Shown in pieces: positions 14,427-35,453 of a stretch of DNA of 64,000 nt (positions are counted from its first letter, which is position 1; every line of letters begins with the position of its first letter). The notes beneath the pieces were generated by a model. It ran no database searches. It was not told the DNA's origin and was given only the letters and a program-made list of their open reading frames with translations. The translations under genes were made by a program, and so were the position numbers. The stretch lies in assembly GCF_009914755.1 (NCBI RefSeq), contig NC_060942.1; one strand, given 5' to 3'. Source of the DNA: the human T2T-CHM13v2.0 reference genome, Homo sapiens.

Positions 14427-14862
14427 AGTCCTTTCCCATCGCTGCTGTAACAAGTGACCACACACTGGGTGGCTTAGAACGACAGAGATTCATTCTTTTG
14501 CAGTTCTGGAGGCTAAACCTCAGAAGTCAAGGTGTTGATGAGGTTGGTTCCTTCTGGAGGCTCTGAGGGAGAGTCTGTTCCTTGCCCCACTCCACGTGCC
14601 TGGTGGCTGCCAGCAATTCTTGGCACTCCTTGGCTTGTAGCCACATCATTCCAACCTCTACCTCCACCTGCATGTGGAGTTCTTCCCTGCGTGTCCAAAC
14701 TTCCCTCGCATAAGGACACCAGTCATACTGGATTTAGGGCCCACCCTAACCTCATCTTAAAGTTGATTACATCTGCAAATACCCTATTTCCAAATAAGAT
14801 CACATATGCTGTACTAGGAGTTAGGACTTGAACCTTTTTGGAGGACACAGTTCAACCCAAAA
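14427..14862 (-). mobile_element. MLT1-type MaLR LTR
   Basis: gctgctgtaacaagtgaccacacactgggtggctta...ggacacagttcaaccc. Confidence 0.75.
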
Positions 14863-15086
14863 GACTACCTAATACCTACTTCCTAGTCTGGCTAGATTAT
14901 CTGAGTTCCCTTTAACATAACAGGGAGTTGGGAGGATAGGGACTCATAGCCCCTTAGCTCAGGGCCCTGCTCTTAGAATATGCTTGACAAATGTTAGATA
15001 ATCTTGCTGAAGTTTAATTGTGAGGCAGAGGCAATCTACCTGGTCACAGGGACCACAAAAGAGCTGACAAAGAAGGGGCTTGGGTG

Positions 15087-15391
15087 TTTTTGTTTTTGCT
15101 TTGTTTTTTTGAGAAAAGAATTTGCTCTGTCCCCCAGGCTGGAGTGCAGTGGCACAATCATGGCTCATTGCCGCCTCTATCTCCTGGGTCCAAGCCATCC
15201 TTCCACCTCAACCTCCCAAATAGGTGAGATCAGGCATGCACCACCACACCCGGCTAATTTGTAAATGTTTTGTAGAGATGGGGTCTCCTTGTGTTGGCCA
15301 GGCTGGTCTCAAGCTCCTGGAGTCAAGCGATCCTTCTGCCTCAACCTCCCAAAGTGCTGGGATTACAGGTGTGAGCCACCGCACCCAGCCT
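15087..15391 (-). mobile_element. Alu (AluJ-like)
   Basis: Reverse Alu dimer. Confidence 0.88.
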
Positions 15392-16900
15392 GGGGCTTGT
15401 TTTAAAGGTCTGTTTAACACTGACTTGTGTCTGATTTTATCCAGACACAACACTGAAGAGCTGCATATTTCCATTCTCGGGGACTCACTCTAAGTCTGAG
15501 ACACACTCACTCTAAGTCTGTCCCATTGGAGACTTTATAATGTTTTATGATTATCACACTGTCCCAGTTTGCAGTGGCCAAAAGCAATGAGTTCCGAGTC
15601 GCTTAGAATCAACGTTTAACAGTCCTTTACAATAAGCTTTAAACTGTGCTCTTTCCTATGCTCTATTAGGCTAATTTCACCTTGCTTTGCCTGTGAGAAT
15701 CACTAGGCCTACATAGCAGAACAACTGTGCTAGAAGCACGAGGGAAGATTTTTCTCCTCGAACTCTCTCTTACAGATTCCCTGAGCGCCAATGGAGAAAA
15801 TGGAACTCTTTTAATAGTAACTCCTTGAATTACCCATAGAATTGCCTTTCTGGCTAAGGATTCAAAAGGAATCCAAAACATTTCACAGAATACCGTTTTG
15901 TGTTCTCAATTCAATTCAGAAAATATTTATTGAGCAATTTTCTCTCTGGCCTTTGTATGAGACATCACCTGTATGCGCTGGGGAGGAGGAAGGGGATCAA
16001 AATGATTGAGAGTATTCGTTTCAAAAAAATGCACAATTTAGTTAGGAAGAAAAGTGTGTGTGCCTGAGCTATTAGGAAACACTGTCAGGAAAGAAATGTC
16101 CAACCTCACATCAAGTGCTGGGGCTGGGCATACAAGCTGGAGAAGCAGAGCCCAGCATGGATAGAGTAAGAGTGGGGAATTTAGACAGGGCTTGAGCTGA
16201 CCTTGTGTTAGTGAAGAGGTCAGGGTGGGGTGGGGTGAGAAGTTGTTGGAAAACAGATTCAACAGAGGTTTCCAATAAAGGTTTCATATTTCCCTTGTAG
16301 ATCTGGAATCTAGCACAGCATAGACATTTAAGGCTGATTACTTAAGGCCGATTGGATGTGCGTGGGCTGCCGGTTGTCTTTGTTTACTATGGCAGGATTT
16401 AGAGCTGGGCTGTGGTTGATTGACAAAAAAACCAACCAACCAAAACAAAAAAAACCAAACCAAAACAAAAATGCCATTTGATTCCTTTAAAATTAGAAAT
16501 AGAACTTCCAAAGGGAACAGACGTGCGCTGGCTGGTCAGTACACTTCGTTTTCAGTGGAAGAGTTTAGTTTGGATACCCAAATACTAACAGGAAGTAGCT
16601 CCAGGGAGCATTGGTTCAGAGCAAATGGAATTGGATTATGAAAAATTCTGCTGCCAGGTCTCCTGTGGGAACCTGCTGGTAACCTAGATCAAGCACCCCA
16701 ACTCTTGGCCAGGGCTGAGGACACACAGATGACCCTTCCTTCTCGTCTCTACCCTTACCATGCTACAATTAAGAATCACAGTTAATCACATATTATTAGT
16801 CTTTCAGCAGCATTTTTGGACATTTCAGAAACCCTTGGGTCACAGACTCATGGGAACCTTGAGGGTTAGAGATGGAAAGGACATTAGAATACATCATGTC

Positions 16901-17378
16901 CCTTGTGTTTATTGCAGCATTATTTACAATAGCAAAGACTTGGAACCAACCCAAATACCCATCAATGATAGACTGGATAAAGAAAATGGGGCACATATAC
17001 ACCATGGAATACTATGCAGCCCTAAAAAAGAATGAGTTTACGTCCTTTGCAGGGACAAGGATGAAGCTGGAAACCATCTTTCTCAGCAAACTAACACAGG
17101 AACAGAAAACCAAACCCTGCATGTTCTCACTCATAAGTGGGAGTTCAACAGTGAGAACACATGGACACAGGGAGGGAAACATCACACACGGGGACCTGTC
17201 AGGGGGTAGGGGGCAAGAGGAGGGAGAGCATTAGGATAAATACCTAATGCATTCGGGGCTTAAAACCTAAATGACGGGTTGATGGGTGCAGCAAACCACC
17301 ATGGCACGTGTATACCTATGTAACAAACCTGCACATTCTACACATGTATCCCAGAACTTAAAGTATGATAATAATAAA
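16901..17378 (+). mobile_element. 5'-truncated L1PA (ORF2 C-terminus + 3'UTR) inserted into a MIR
   Basis: MFIAALFTIAKTWNQPK-like ORF2 end, L1PA 3'UTR; TSD agaatacatc(a/g)tgtc at 16886-16900 and 17379-17393. Confidence 0.9.
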
Positions 17379-18235
17379 AGAATACATCGTGTCTGACCCA
17401 CCCTTCACTGTTACGCAGATGAGGAAATGAGACCCAGAGAGATGAAGCGACTTGCTCAGGGTCACACAGCAAGCTAGCTCAAACTTGAGCCTCTTGAATG
17501 CAAGACTAGGCAATGTGGTGTGGTGAGATGAGGAACACCCAACATTTATCAAACTTACTGCCTGTCCTGCACTGTCCTAAGGGCTTTACAATCATTGTGT
17601 CACTTAGTTCTCATGACAACCCTACGAGGTAGGTACTATTATGATCCCCATTTTAAAGAAGGAGGAAAACCGTGTTCCCATCCTTTGTGGGGATTTTGGA
17701 AGTCCCCTGGTCTTAATTCTAACCGTGTGCTCCTGGGATTCACAGCAAGAGCACCTGTAAACTTGTCAGAAGTGCAAAGTCAGGTTCCACCTCGAACCTC
17801 CTGGATCAGAAACTTGCAGGGAGGGGAGGCAGAGAGCCAACAGGCCCTCAAGGTAATTCTGAGGCTTGTAAAATTGGAGACAACTGCCCTAGTCTTACCA
17901 GTAAGATCTTTACGCGCAATTTCTTCCAGTGCTCATCAGCTGTGTCCTGACTGGCTGCTTCTTACCTTTAATTTCAGACGGCACCTTTCCCCAGACTATG
18001 GGCTGCAATTGTATATTTCCATCTTATATTGCATTTCTCTCTCAGGGGGCTTGTTCACTAATAGATTTGAGCCAGCAATGGCACGTGTTTAGTTTTTTTG
18101 TACCCAGTACCGTGTGCTAGGAAAGGCCAGGAGAAAAGACTGATTCAGGAGACCCGGGTTTACTTCCAGCTAGGCTAAGAGTTCCTCATTCCGTGAGTTT
18201 CCACATTTTTGTGCCCTGTTTCCCTCCAGCTGTAA

Positions 18236-18558
<323 letters not shown>

Positions 18559-18682
18559 TCCAGCTGTCCCTTTTTACTGTAAAAGTTTCGTTTTGAAACA
18601 ATAGATATGAAAACACTTGGAAAAATGTAAGGCATTATTACAAACTAAATGATTTATACACTCTCTTTTTCTTTTCTGGTAG

Positions 18683-18824
18683 ATACTTTAAGATTCAGAA
18701 ATACTTCATTTTTGGCCCCTTCCCTCTTTCTTTTTACAATAAATTCTTCCTCCTTGTCTGGTGGGAGTGTGACCAGATGTGCTGCTGGAAAGATCCCCCT
18801 GGACACATTTGCTGCCGTATGTCT
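18683..18824 (+). pseudogene. OACYLP: Exon C: [48 protein letters not shown]
   Basis: Long polypyrimidine tract + tag acceptor, gtgagt donor, 142 nt, phase 1 to 2, open frame. Confidence 0.82.
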
Positions 18825-18962
18825 GTGAGTATGGACATCCAAGGTACCTGGGTGGGTTGTGATCTGTCGGTACTGTTTTATCAACTTCCCCTTATCCACT
18901 GCATTTCACTATTACATTTCATTCATTGCACGATGTCTGGCCAGTGCTGCCTGTTTCAGGAT

Positions 18963-20739
<1,777 letters not shown>

Positions 20740-21063
20740 TAATTTTTAAAGTTTATTATGTATATAAAGAATATTAATTCTGAGTCATATCAGCTGCAGA
20801 CATCTTCCTCAGTATTTTGGTTGCTTTAAGATTTTAAAAATAATTATGACAAGTTAAGTGAAATCCATTAATATTTTCCTTTATATTTTTTCTCTTTTTT
20901 CATTAGTTTTATTCTTACAGCATCATTCTCCATCCTTAAAATTGTTAAAGGTTTTTCTACGTAAGTATGCAGCGGTTTGCTTTTCACAGGCCCGTTTTCT
21001 CGGCGTCTTGTTTCGGTGTCCTGAGATGAGGGAAGGCACAGCTGTTGTGTCTTCTTCCTGCAG

Positions 21064-21290
21064 GTTCATCACCTTGCTGGGTCTCATCCTCCCTCCGGCT
21101 GGAACAGTCTGCGTGGCAGCTAGGGAATGGGGGTCAGCCTGCAGGACATCGCGGGAACACGGGGAACCTCTGGCCACTTACGGGAGTCTGCCACTGAGCG
21201 AGGCGGAGAGCAATGAACAAAGAAGCAGAATCCCACGGACACACTGCCGGGCACATCTCCTCCTGTCAGCAGCCTCCAGCAGAGGAAAAA
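21064..21290 (+). pseudogene. OACYLP: Exon D: FITLLGLILPPAGTVCVAAREWG...AASSRGK
   Basis: cttcttcctgcag acceptor, gtaggc donor at 21291, 227 nt, phase 2 to 1 fits both neighbours; TM segment ending in GT then a hydrophilic loop. 3' boundary less certain. Confidence 0.75.
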
Positions 21291-21948
21291 GTAGGCATTT
21301 GAATGAAACTAAGACCACCCAGGAGAAGTGACTTAGCCGAGTGTGCAGTTGGAAACGAATGCCTACAGTGCTGGCTTCTAGCAAACGCCCGGCAGCTTCC
21401 AAATGTCAGTGTGGAGGTTGGATCTCCGCTCTTGACAGTCCCATCTTTGTTTACCAGCAGCATGCTAAGGTCAGGCAAGGTCGCTAAAAATGCTGCTTTA
21501 TTTTGTGGGTACAATTATCCAGTGTGTTTTTGTGCTGATCAAAGACTAGAACAGGGCTTGGGGTTTCACTGCAGCAATTCTCTAAGGAACAATTCCATGG
21601 CCACAGTGTCTGCTTTCAGTGTCACACTTACACACATGACCCGTAGAAGCTTCCTGACATCACCAGGAAGGGGAGTGATTTACATAGAAACTGAAGGGAG
21701 GGTGTTGAGTGTGCAACACAAGCTAATTCACACAGCATGCTATGTGTGAGCCAGAAACAGATTAACCCAGCATAGGTAGTGAGAGGCCGGATTTTGATGA
21801 GATAGACTGCATTGGGTTTTAGTGAAAAATCAGGAGCATTGCCTTCATTTCTACCTGCCTACCTATACACCAAGGCAAACAGAATGTGTCTCTCTCTCAC
21901 ACAAAAAAGCCTGGTCACTCAAGTACCTTCAGAACATGTGGAATAAGA

Positions 21949-22899
<951 letters not shown>

Positions 22900-23700
22900 T
22901 ATTCGGGTCTTAAGGCCAAAAGAAAAACAGTAGCAACACCAACAAAAAGCTCAACAATAAGAAAAACAAAACACATGTATGTGTAAGCAGAGATATGATA
23001 TAAGAAGGAGCCAAGAAGGCCTAGAGGTCCCTGGCACAACCTCTTTCCCAAAGCTGGAAGCAGCTCTAGCAGCCGGGTGGCTTCCTGTGGACCCATCTGT
23101 GATGGGAAGTGCTGGCTGTCAGGCTTCTGAATGAGAGGCAATCCCTGCTGTCCTGTAATTCCCACCAGGGGCCCTGGTTTTGCCTTCTAGGGCCCAGAAA
23201 ATAATCATGCTCTCTTGTTTCTATTGCAGCCCCATCAGATGTTGAGGGCAGTTATGACGGCCCTGTCCAAGTCTCAGAACCCCTCAATTACTTCACACGA
23301 TGTGGTTCTAGACCTCTGTCTCTGTGCCACTCCCCGCCCCCAACCCCGCACTCCCACACCGGCAGCCTGTAGACAGTTCCACAGTCGGAGTGGCAGAAAG
23401 AGCACATGCTCAGGGATCCTGTGACCCAGTCAAACATGCTTTGATTGCTAACTCTCACCTTGGTCAGATTGTGTGACCTCTATGAACCTCAGTTTCCACA
23501 TGTGTAAAACAGGGGCATAGAATGGGATCTGTGGAAGGAATTAAATGAGATCATGAGCACTTACCACCTCCTCCTAAATTCATTCCTTGTTTCCTCATTC
23601 TCTTCGGTTAAGCCACGAGAGGAAAGAAAGGGTAGGGGCTTAAATCTGCCAAGGCTACATGCTTGGGCTGCTCTGACCTCGCTCAGTGAGCAGCAGGGTC

Positions 23701-23790
23701 AGCTGGATCGCAGGGACATACCACGTCCACAGAGCTGGGTTGCAGGGACATGCCACGTCCACAGAGCTGGGTTGCAGGGACATGCCACGT
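23701..23790. repeat. 32-bp tandem repeat, about 2.8 copies
   Basis: agctgggttgcagggacatgccacgtccacag starting at 23701, 23733, 23765. Confidence 0.9.
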
Positions 23791-24103
23791 GCTTCCAACT
23801 CTCTGATGGGAGTGGAGCCCACAGTCATTAGAATTCACCATTGTGCTCATCTCTGCTAGGCTGGCCCTCAGAGCCCGACCTTTTAAGGCTGGATCACAGG
23901 ATTTAGGCCAGACACACCTGGTATGGTGTTAGGGACTGAAACTTTAGGTTCCTCACCCAAAATGAGGCACCCTATGATCAGGACATTAACGTTATGTTAG
24001 CTTTCTTTTAGCAGGCACATTGAAATGTGGTCTCAAAATAGGGGTTTTCCATGTTCTGTTGCCATAACAAGTTTTTAATTTTTGTACTTAATACCATTAA
24101 AGG

Positions 24104-24410
24104 ATGCTGGGCGTGGTGGCTCACGCCCATAATCCCCACATTTTGGGAGGCTGAGGCAGGAAGATTGCTTGCACCCAGGAGTTCAAGACCAGCATGGGCA
24201 ATGTGGCAAAACCTCGTCTCTACAAAAAATACAAAAATTAGCCGGGCATGGCGGTGTGTGCCTGTAGTCCCAGCTACCCAGGAGGCTGAGCCAGGAGGAT
24301 TGCATGAGCCTGGAGATGGAGGTTGCAGTGAACTGAGTTCATATCACTGCACTCCAGCCTGGGGGATAGAGCCAGACCCTGTCTCAAAAAGAAAAAACAA
24401 ACAAAAACCC
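24104..24410 (+). mobile_element. Alu (AluJ-like)
   Basis: Full dimer. Confidence 0.88.
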
Positions 24411-24837
24411 ATCAAAGGTAAAATATCACATCTCTGAATGTTTGAAAATAAAAATCAATTCGGAGAGACCCAGAGATTCAGCATTTTTTTCTCTCTCCAC
24501 TTTTACGTTAATCAGTGAGTCAAATCAACATAAGACCACCGTGTCTTCTAGAAGTTTAGAGCTAAATTGGGTATTTGGATTCCTGACTCTTTATCCTCCA
24601 AATAACCATTGCATTTGCTTAGAATGCTTTCCCGTCACATGAGCCTGTCCTTTGCTCTTTAGATGAGAACAATATGAGTGAATGTATAAGGAAGTTTTCA
24701 TGACATACATACATAGCTATGGATTCAGCCCCTGGGCAACAGGGCTCTTACTTAACGGCCTGTTGCTTAAAGTGGGCTCACTGTGATTGAGCAAACCGGA
24801 AGTGGCTGCAAAGTTTTTTAGAGCATTGTCACAACCA

Positions 24838-25025
24838 ATGGGTCTTCAACTTTGGAGTGCATCAGAGTCACCTGGAAGACTATTACAGCACAGATTCCTG
24901 GGCCCTGACCCAAAGACTCTGACCTGGTAAGTCTGTGGTGGGGCCTGGGAATCTGCATTTCTAATAAGTTCCCAGGTGATGTTGAAGCTGCTGGCTCAGA
25001 GACCTCTGCTTTGAGAACCGGTGAT
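24838..25025. mobile_element. MER5A-like element
   Basis: gggcctgggaatctgcatttctaataagttcccaggtgatg...ctttgagaacc. Confidence 0.75.
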
Positions 25026-26173
25026 TGCATGCATCATTTCAGCCAATCCTCCCCACGTTCTTATTGTTTATAACACTTTCCATTTACAAATGAGCTAAAT
25101 GAGCCTCAGGGAGGTTGTCCTCCCTCTAGACCAGTTATTTTCAGAAACCTTTATAAACCACTGATGGGTAAGTTCATTCACTAGCAGAATTTAGATGGAA
25201 AAAACATAGTAACAAAACATATTGAGCACTAGCTTGCCACATGAGGCATCAAACCAGATATTTGATGTTCTAGAATCCCCATTACAACCCTACCAAAAAT
25301 TATACCCATTCTAAAAGCGAGGAAACTGAGGCTCAGGGAGGCTAAAGAAGTTGGCCAAACCTGGCAGAGCCCGGGTCCTGTATCTCTCCACTGCTCGGGA
25401 AACTGAGGAGGAGCAGGTGAATCAGCTCTAGGAGGCTGCTGGTTGTGCTGTAGTTGTGGCCAATTCCTGAGTGAAAACCCCTGTGAATGAAAAGGGTGGG
25501 TGTGGTGACTTCAGACAGAGACGCAATCACAAAGTGACTTAAATGGAAAAACTTGTATTCACGGCTGGAACTTCAAAATGTTAGGTAGTTAAATTCTTCA
25601 ATTTAAGAAATTGCCTTAGATTTCCAGAGTTTGGTTATGAGCCAGACCTCATTTGTGAATAAGTTTTAATTCTGCAAAGACTTCTTTGTGCCCACAATGT
25701 TGAAGGCACGGGGCTCTGTCCAGGAGGAAATGTGAGTCTCTCAGAGCCGGCTTGAGCTTGGAGGCCCCTGTTTTGCAATTCCAGACACTTGCTTCGTTCT
25801 CAGATAGGTAAACATTAAATTCTTTAAGAAAGGGAATGAATTAAGAAGATGGTATTAACCATTCTTAAAGTGATAGGGCTTAAAACAGTGGTAGTAGTAG
25901 CTGTGTTCTCACGAGTACATACTAGGTTGCCTCTATTTAATGTGATTTATAAGCATTATCTCATTTGTTCTTCATGATAATCCTTTAAAATCTACTTTGA
26001 TTATTTTGCAGATGTGGAAACTTAGACACAGAGAGGTTAATTCACTTGCCGGGGGTCACAGAGCTGATAAATGACAGAATCAGAGCCAGGAGCATCTGGC
26101 TATATGGCCTGTGCCCTAAGCTCCTGTGCCACTGGTCCTTCTGTTTTCATGCCTATACTTTGACCTACGTTAG

Positions 26174-26515
<342 letters not shown>

Positions 26516-26943
26516 TAACTAGTCCTCAGGATTGCAGGGGTGTTCTTTCAAGTGAAAGTCTTGCTTTGTGTATCACATCGATTCTTACTGATGTCTGCGT
26601 TCTCCTTCCCTCAACTCTTCGTCAAGCAGGACTGGGGTCAGGGGTTGGCATCTCTGGGGCCTGAGCTTGGGCAGCGTATTCTGTGCAAAGCATGTGGGGC
26701 ACCAAACTCAGGTCAAGTCTGTTAGGGAAAGTCAAGATTCAAAAGGGAGGGATACCAAGTATGAAAGTCCACAGATAGATGAAGATGGAACCACGGAGGC
26801 TGAGCTGAGAAGCCCAGGGTCAGAGCAAGAGAGCCTCCGAGTAACTGCCAAGATCTGTGGATTGTGCTTTGGTTCTTGTTGCGGGGTGGTGTGTGGATAC
26901 CCTGGCAGTCAAGGTGGACAGTAACATCTTTGCTCTTGCCCAG

Positions 26944-27123
26944 GGTTTCTAGGAGCCGTGGCTCATGCTCTGGAGTGCTTTTCTTGGCAGAAGAATGTGC
27001 CAGCCATCTGGACTACAAAGGCACCAGGTGGCACCTGCTCTGCACTGAATGGCATTCGTGTCTTGAGTCTTCTTTGGATCATCTCGGGACACACCAGTCA
27101 GATGACTGCATGGCTGTCTTTGG
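26944..27123 (+). pseudogene. OACYLP: Exon E: [60 protein letters not shown]
   Basis: ctcttgcccag acceptor, gtgcgg donor, 180 nt, phase 1 to 1; CFS..N and LNGIR-x10-H AT3 signature. Confidence 0.9.
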
Positions 27124-27771
27124 GTGCGGAGAGTTGATGAGCCTTTACTCTAGGAGCAGTCAGGGAAGAGACATTCTTTGGTATGGCGGGATCACGTTGG
27201 CCAAAGGATGGGAGACTGGCAGCCTTCCCACGAGCAGACTTCCTTCTGTTTTAGACACACTGTGTGTAACCTCCCATCAGTAAGCTTTCCAGGCCAGTGT
27301 CTAGTGGCTCCTTTCACTCCCTCTAGGTATAAATCAGGTACCTGGCTGCCAGGTATATAGTGATACCTGGGTATTGTATTTTCGTTATCCAAAGAGCCGA
27401 ATTCTCTCTCATCATGGTTAGTGAAGCCAGGACCTAACATTTATTTTTCCTTGAAAAGCAGACAAGCATAAACATGGTCCACTAATATCAAATCAGTGTT
27501 TCTCCACCTTCTCCCTGCTGCTACCCTCCTGAAGCGCTCCTATCAATAATAGTGGTACTCTCTAAATAGGGAGTAAACACAGCCCAGGGCAGATTGAAGA
27601 AGCCTCCCGGGTGGTCTGCACCAGCCCATGAATAGGTGGTGCTACAGTCCAGGGGGGCTGTGGCCACCGTGAGTGCACAAAGGAGCTCAAAGCTCCTGAA
27701 CGACCAGTAGGGACCTCAGTCACTGCCTTTTATTCCCAGTCTAACTTCTCCTTCGACATGAATTACATTGA

Positions 27772-28084
<313 letters not shown>

Positions 28085-28215
28085 TATAGTGATTCTTAAA
28101 GCCTGCCCAGCACAACTGAAAGTCGAAGGTGTTCCTCTTGCTTTTTCTGAAAAGAGAAATCACATGATTTTCTTCTATGAAACAAAAAGACACTGCTTTT
28201 TAATGTTTGTTACAG

Positions 28216-28318
28216 ATAATGTGCTTGAATGGAACAGCAGAGTGCTTAGAAACCCACTGTGTGTTTACTCTTGGAGTGGTCCCTTCTATCTTGGAGTTGA
28301 TACATTTTTCCTGATCAG
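28216..28318 (+). pseudogene. OACYLP: Exon F: [35 protein letters not shown]
   Basis: tttgttacag acceptor, gtaata donor, 103 nt, phase 1 to 2; VDTFFxxSG motif. Confidence 0.9.
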
Positions 28319-28871
28319 GTAATAAGGTTGAACTACGTTTTCAGTGCTGTAGGGCTTGTGGTGTTTGTTTTGGGATATGTGTATGCATATGTGTTACCAT
28401 TCTCACTCTAATGAGAAAAGCGGAATGACCCACATTTATTCATCTGAGCCTTTGTCCATTTCTAGACAGTACTGTTGTCACAGGAGACTCTCCACTGTAT
28501 CTTCCGTTTATTACATGAGTTAGGATGGCTCTATAACACAGGCCTTTTAAACATTGATTGTATTCATCAAAATTGTTTATTTCAGTGCTTCTCAAATTCT
28601 GGCCCACAGAGTGGTACAGGTGCTTGATGAAGTTCCGACTTCTCACTATAGTGAAATGGGAAAAATTCAGAAAATGGCATGATGTTTCATAAAGTTATGT
28701 TTATTTATATGAACTATTAACAGGTAAAATTTCTTAATTGTTTGAGAAATGTCAGGCACTGTGGTAAGCACGTTGAAATAGTATCTCATTTAATCCTCAT
28801 GAAAATTCTCATTTTTGCTTTTAAAAATTGGGGTAAAATTTACATAACATAAAATTAACCACTTAGTGTAA

Positions 28872-31200
<2,329 letters not shown>

Positions 31201-31270
31201 TAGGTCAAACTACAATAGCCACAGAGCAATGTTTTCATAAGTGCCCCTGTTTTTTAAAAAAGGCCATTAA

Positions 31271-31549
<279 letters not shown>

Positions 31550-32634
31550 TCATTAAATTCAAATGTGTGTGACCCACACAGTTAGGGGAGAACTAGCTCC
31601 CATGCTGCACAGAGCAACAGTAAGGGATGACTAATCACCAGCCACTTTCTGTGACACTTACCTCCCTAACAGCCTGGTGGCTTGATTCCTCTTCTCCTTC
31701 AAGTTTTTACACAGCAAAGCCTTCCTCGTCCCCTCTGTTTGAAGTGCAACTACCTAGCCTTCTTGACTTCATTTTTTCTCTTGATCCAACATACTATAGC
31801 TGCCATTTTTGATTGATTGATTAATTGTCTGTGTCTCTCCAGTGGAATGTAAGGCAGAAAGTTTGTTTTTCTGTTTTGTGCACTGCTGTGTCACCAGGTC
31901 ACTGAAGCAGTGCTAGCCACAGAGTATTGTTCAATAAGTCATTGTTGAAATGAATGATTTCTTGTCTTATTTCCAGAATCTAGTGTATAGTTTCTTGTGG
32001 TAATGCTGAGGAAGAGGGATGAAGAACGAGCTCAGACCTGTCCATTAAGGATCGTGCTAGGAGGTGGCAAGTAGCCCAGACAGGCCAGGCTCAGGGTCCA
32101 CAGTATGCAGCAAACCCAGCAGTGATACAGGAATCCCTGGGCTCTAGACTTTCCAAGACGGCAGCACTGGGTCTCACCAGGCAGGGGAAGCCCAGCTGCA
32201 GAAGACCGGGAGTGGGCCCCTGGAGGACGGGGAGGCTCTGCCACGGGGCAGCAGGCAAAGACCAGAACTCTGTTCCCTACAAGCCAGGCAAAAACGTCTG
32301 TATGCTGGGGTGGGACTGACTGGCAGGGTCCAAGCCCTGGGAGGGACACTGGCGAGGACAGATCAGGATGACAGGCACCGAAGCCAAACTCAATCTGGGG
32401 ACTAGGAAACCTGTCACTAGGATGGAAAGATGGAGGGCACGAAAGGCCACTGGTCATGTCTGGGCCATCAGTGGGAATCGGAGACACCAGAGAAGCCACG
32501 AGGTCAGTCCTGAGATATCTAAAGCACAGGCCAAGGCTATTGAAATACAAAACAGCCCAGAAAACTACAAATATGTAGATGATTTATCTCCCACCTGGGT
32601 TGGTCTGGGGTCAGGGAGGGCCGTGCCTTATGTC

Positions 32635-32812
32635 AGTGGTCCTCAGAGAGCCGTCCCGGTGCAGTTTCACCAGCATCACCTGGAATTGGTAGAAGTGCAA
32701 ATTCTTGGGCGCCACCCTAGACCCATTGAATCAGACTTTCTGGGGGCATGGCTCCAGCAATCTGGACTGTCACAAGCTCTCCAGGTTGTGCCTGCTGAAG
32801 CCTGAGCAGCTC
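32635..32812. mobile_element. MER5A-like element
   Basis: cagtggtcctcag...cagcatcacctggaattggtagaagtgcaaattcttggg...tgaatcagac. Confidence 0.7.
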
Positions 32813-34125
32813 TGTGTGAGCCCAGGCAGGAAAAGCCGAGGCCAACAGAGGTGGCCGAAGCCAGGCAGATTCTGACAGCAGCCTAGAGACAGAGAAGTAC
32901 ATTTCTTTTCTCTTTATCCCTATTTGCTTCCATTTCTCACCATCAGTCTCTGTGACTGTCTTTTTTTCCTTTTCCTTTAGTTTTTATTGTATTACTTTCA
33001 AAGGTTCATATTTTCTTTTATTTAAAATTTTCTTTTGAACAATGGAACCATTATTAATAGTGATACCTAGTATTACCATTATGCTAAGAGCTTGAAATAT
33101 TTTATCCCATGCAATTCTCACAATAAACCTATAAAACTGGTACCCATATCATCCCCATTTTTACAGATGAGAAACTTCTTGATGTTCAGTAATGAGGTAA
33201 TTTGTCCAAGTCTACACAGTTAGTAAGGTTAGAATTAGAGCTTACGTATAGCTTGTTTCACAAGGAAACCATGTCTTACTCACTATGTCACTGATATTTA
33301 CATAGTAAAAGCAAAGCCTTCTGATTATCTTGAAGAATAATTTGTTGGCGACTGTTTTGTAATCCTCTCTCACCTCTCGGGCTGACTTCATCCAACACTA
33401 GTGCGTGCTTTGCTCTGTTGCAGTGTGTTCAGGTCTTTGGGTCTTAGCCCCTTGGAGCTAGCTATCTTGCTCAGAGCCTGTTTTCCTGCCAGTCTTTCTC
33501 GTTGCCCTCTCTTGATGAACTTGCAGGCCGGGAGGTGCATGCCCACACACACAGCGAGGCCCAGGCTTTGCTTAGCAACCGTGTTGGCAGAGGGGGAGCC
33601 AGTCACTCTGAAAAGAAAGAATCGCCCTGATTTATCCTTTCCTGAAATTAATAGGAGGCCGGAATCAGAATTGGCTGCCCTGCTTCCTCCTCTTAGCACT
33701 GTCTTTTAGATGTCTCTATAAATTTTGTTCCTATTTAATGAGTCCAACTTGCTGCTTTTCAAAGGAAAATCTGGAAGGCAGAGAATGGAGACATTCTCCA
33801 ACCCTCCCTGATCCCTTCCAAGTCCCACCCAACACACAGCTTTGTTTTACAATAGGAAATACATTAGCTCTTTAGGGAAACACCCACAAGGATCACTGGT
33901 ATAAATGTCAAAAGTTTGAGAAACTCACATACTTGCTTACCATCCAGTAGCAATTAAAAGGCATAACTTTTGTTTCTTTAGCTGCACATTCTGGGTAATG
34001 AATTTGTCATCAGGGTATGTTGGTTAAGAATTCTGTGATCTTGGGCAACCCTCTTAATAATCTCTAGGTCTCACTTTTCCCATCAGAGAAGCCAAAATGA
34101 AAGTGTCTTCCTTTTTACCTAATAG

Positions 34126-35347
<1,222 letters not shown>

Positions 35348-35351
35348 TTAG

Positions 35352-35453
35352 TGGTTGGTTAAGTGCAAGTTCGTTTTTAAAGATGCATCAGAATTCAGAC
35401 AAAGGAATAACCCCCAAAGGCATACTCAGATACTTTCTCAGTCACCTGGTAAG
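35352..35453 (+). pseudogene. OACYLP: Exon G: [34 protein letters not shown]
   Basis: Long pyrimidine tract + tag acceptor, gtaggt donor at 35454, 102 nt, phase 2 to 2. Confidence 0.88.

Noticed and set aside
16872-17234. 120-aa ORF resembling a real protein
   Set aside because: It is the L1 ORF2 C-terminus and 3'UTR of a truncated L1PA with TSDs, not a host gene.
17595-18092. 165-aa ORF (likewise 32032-32550, 34563-35090 and the many Alu-derived ORFs)
   Set aside because: Composed of MIR, MER5, LTR or Alu fragments with no domain signature or supporting splice structure.
24795-24804. Consensus ETS site ACCGGAAGTG
   Set aside because: Isolated 10-mer with no CpG island or supporting cluster; insufficient for a regulatory call.
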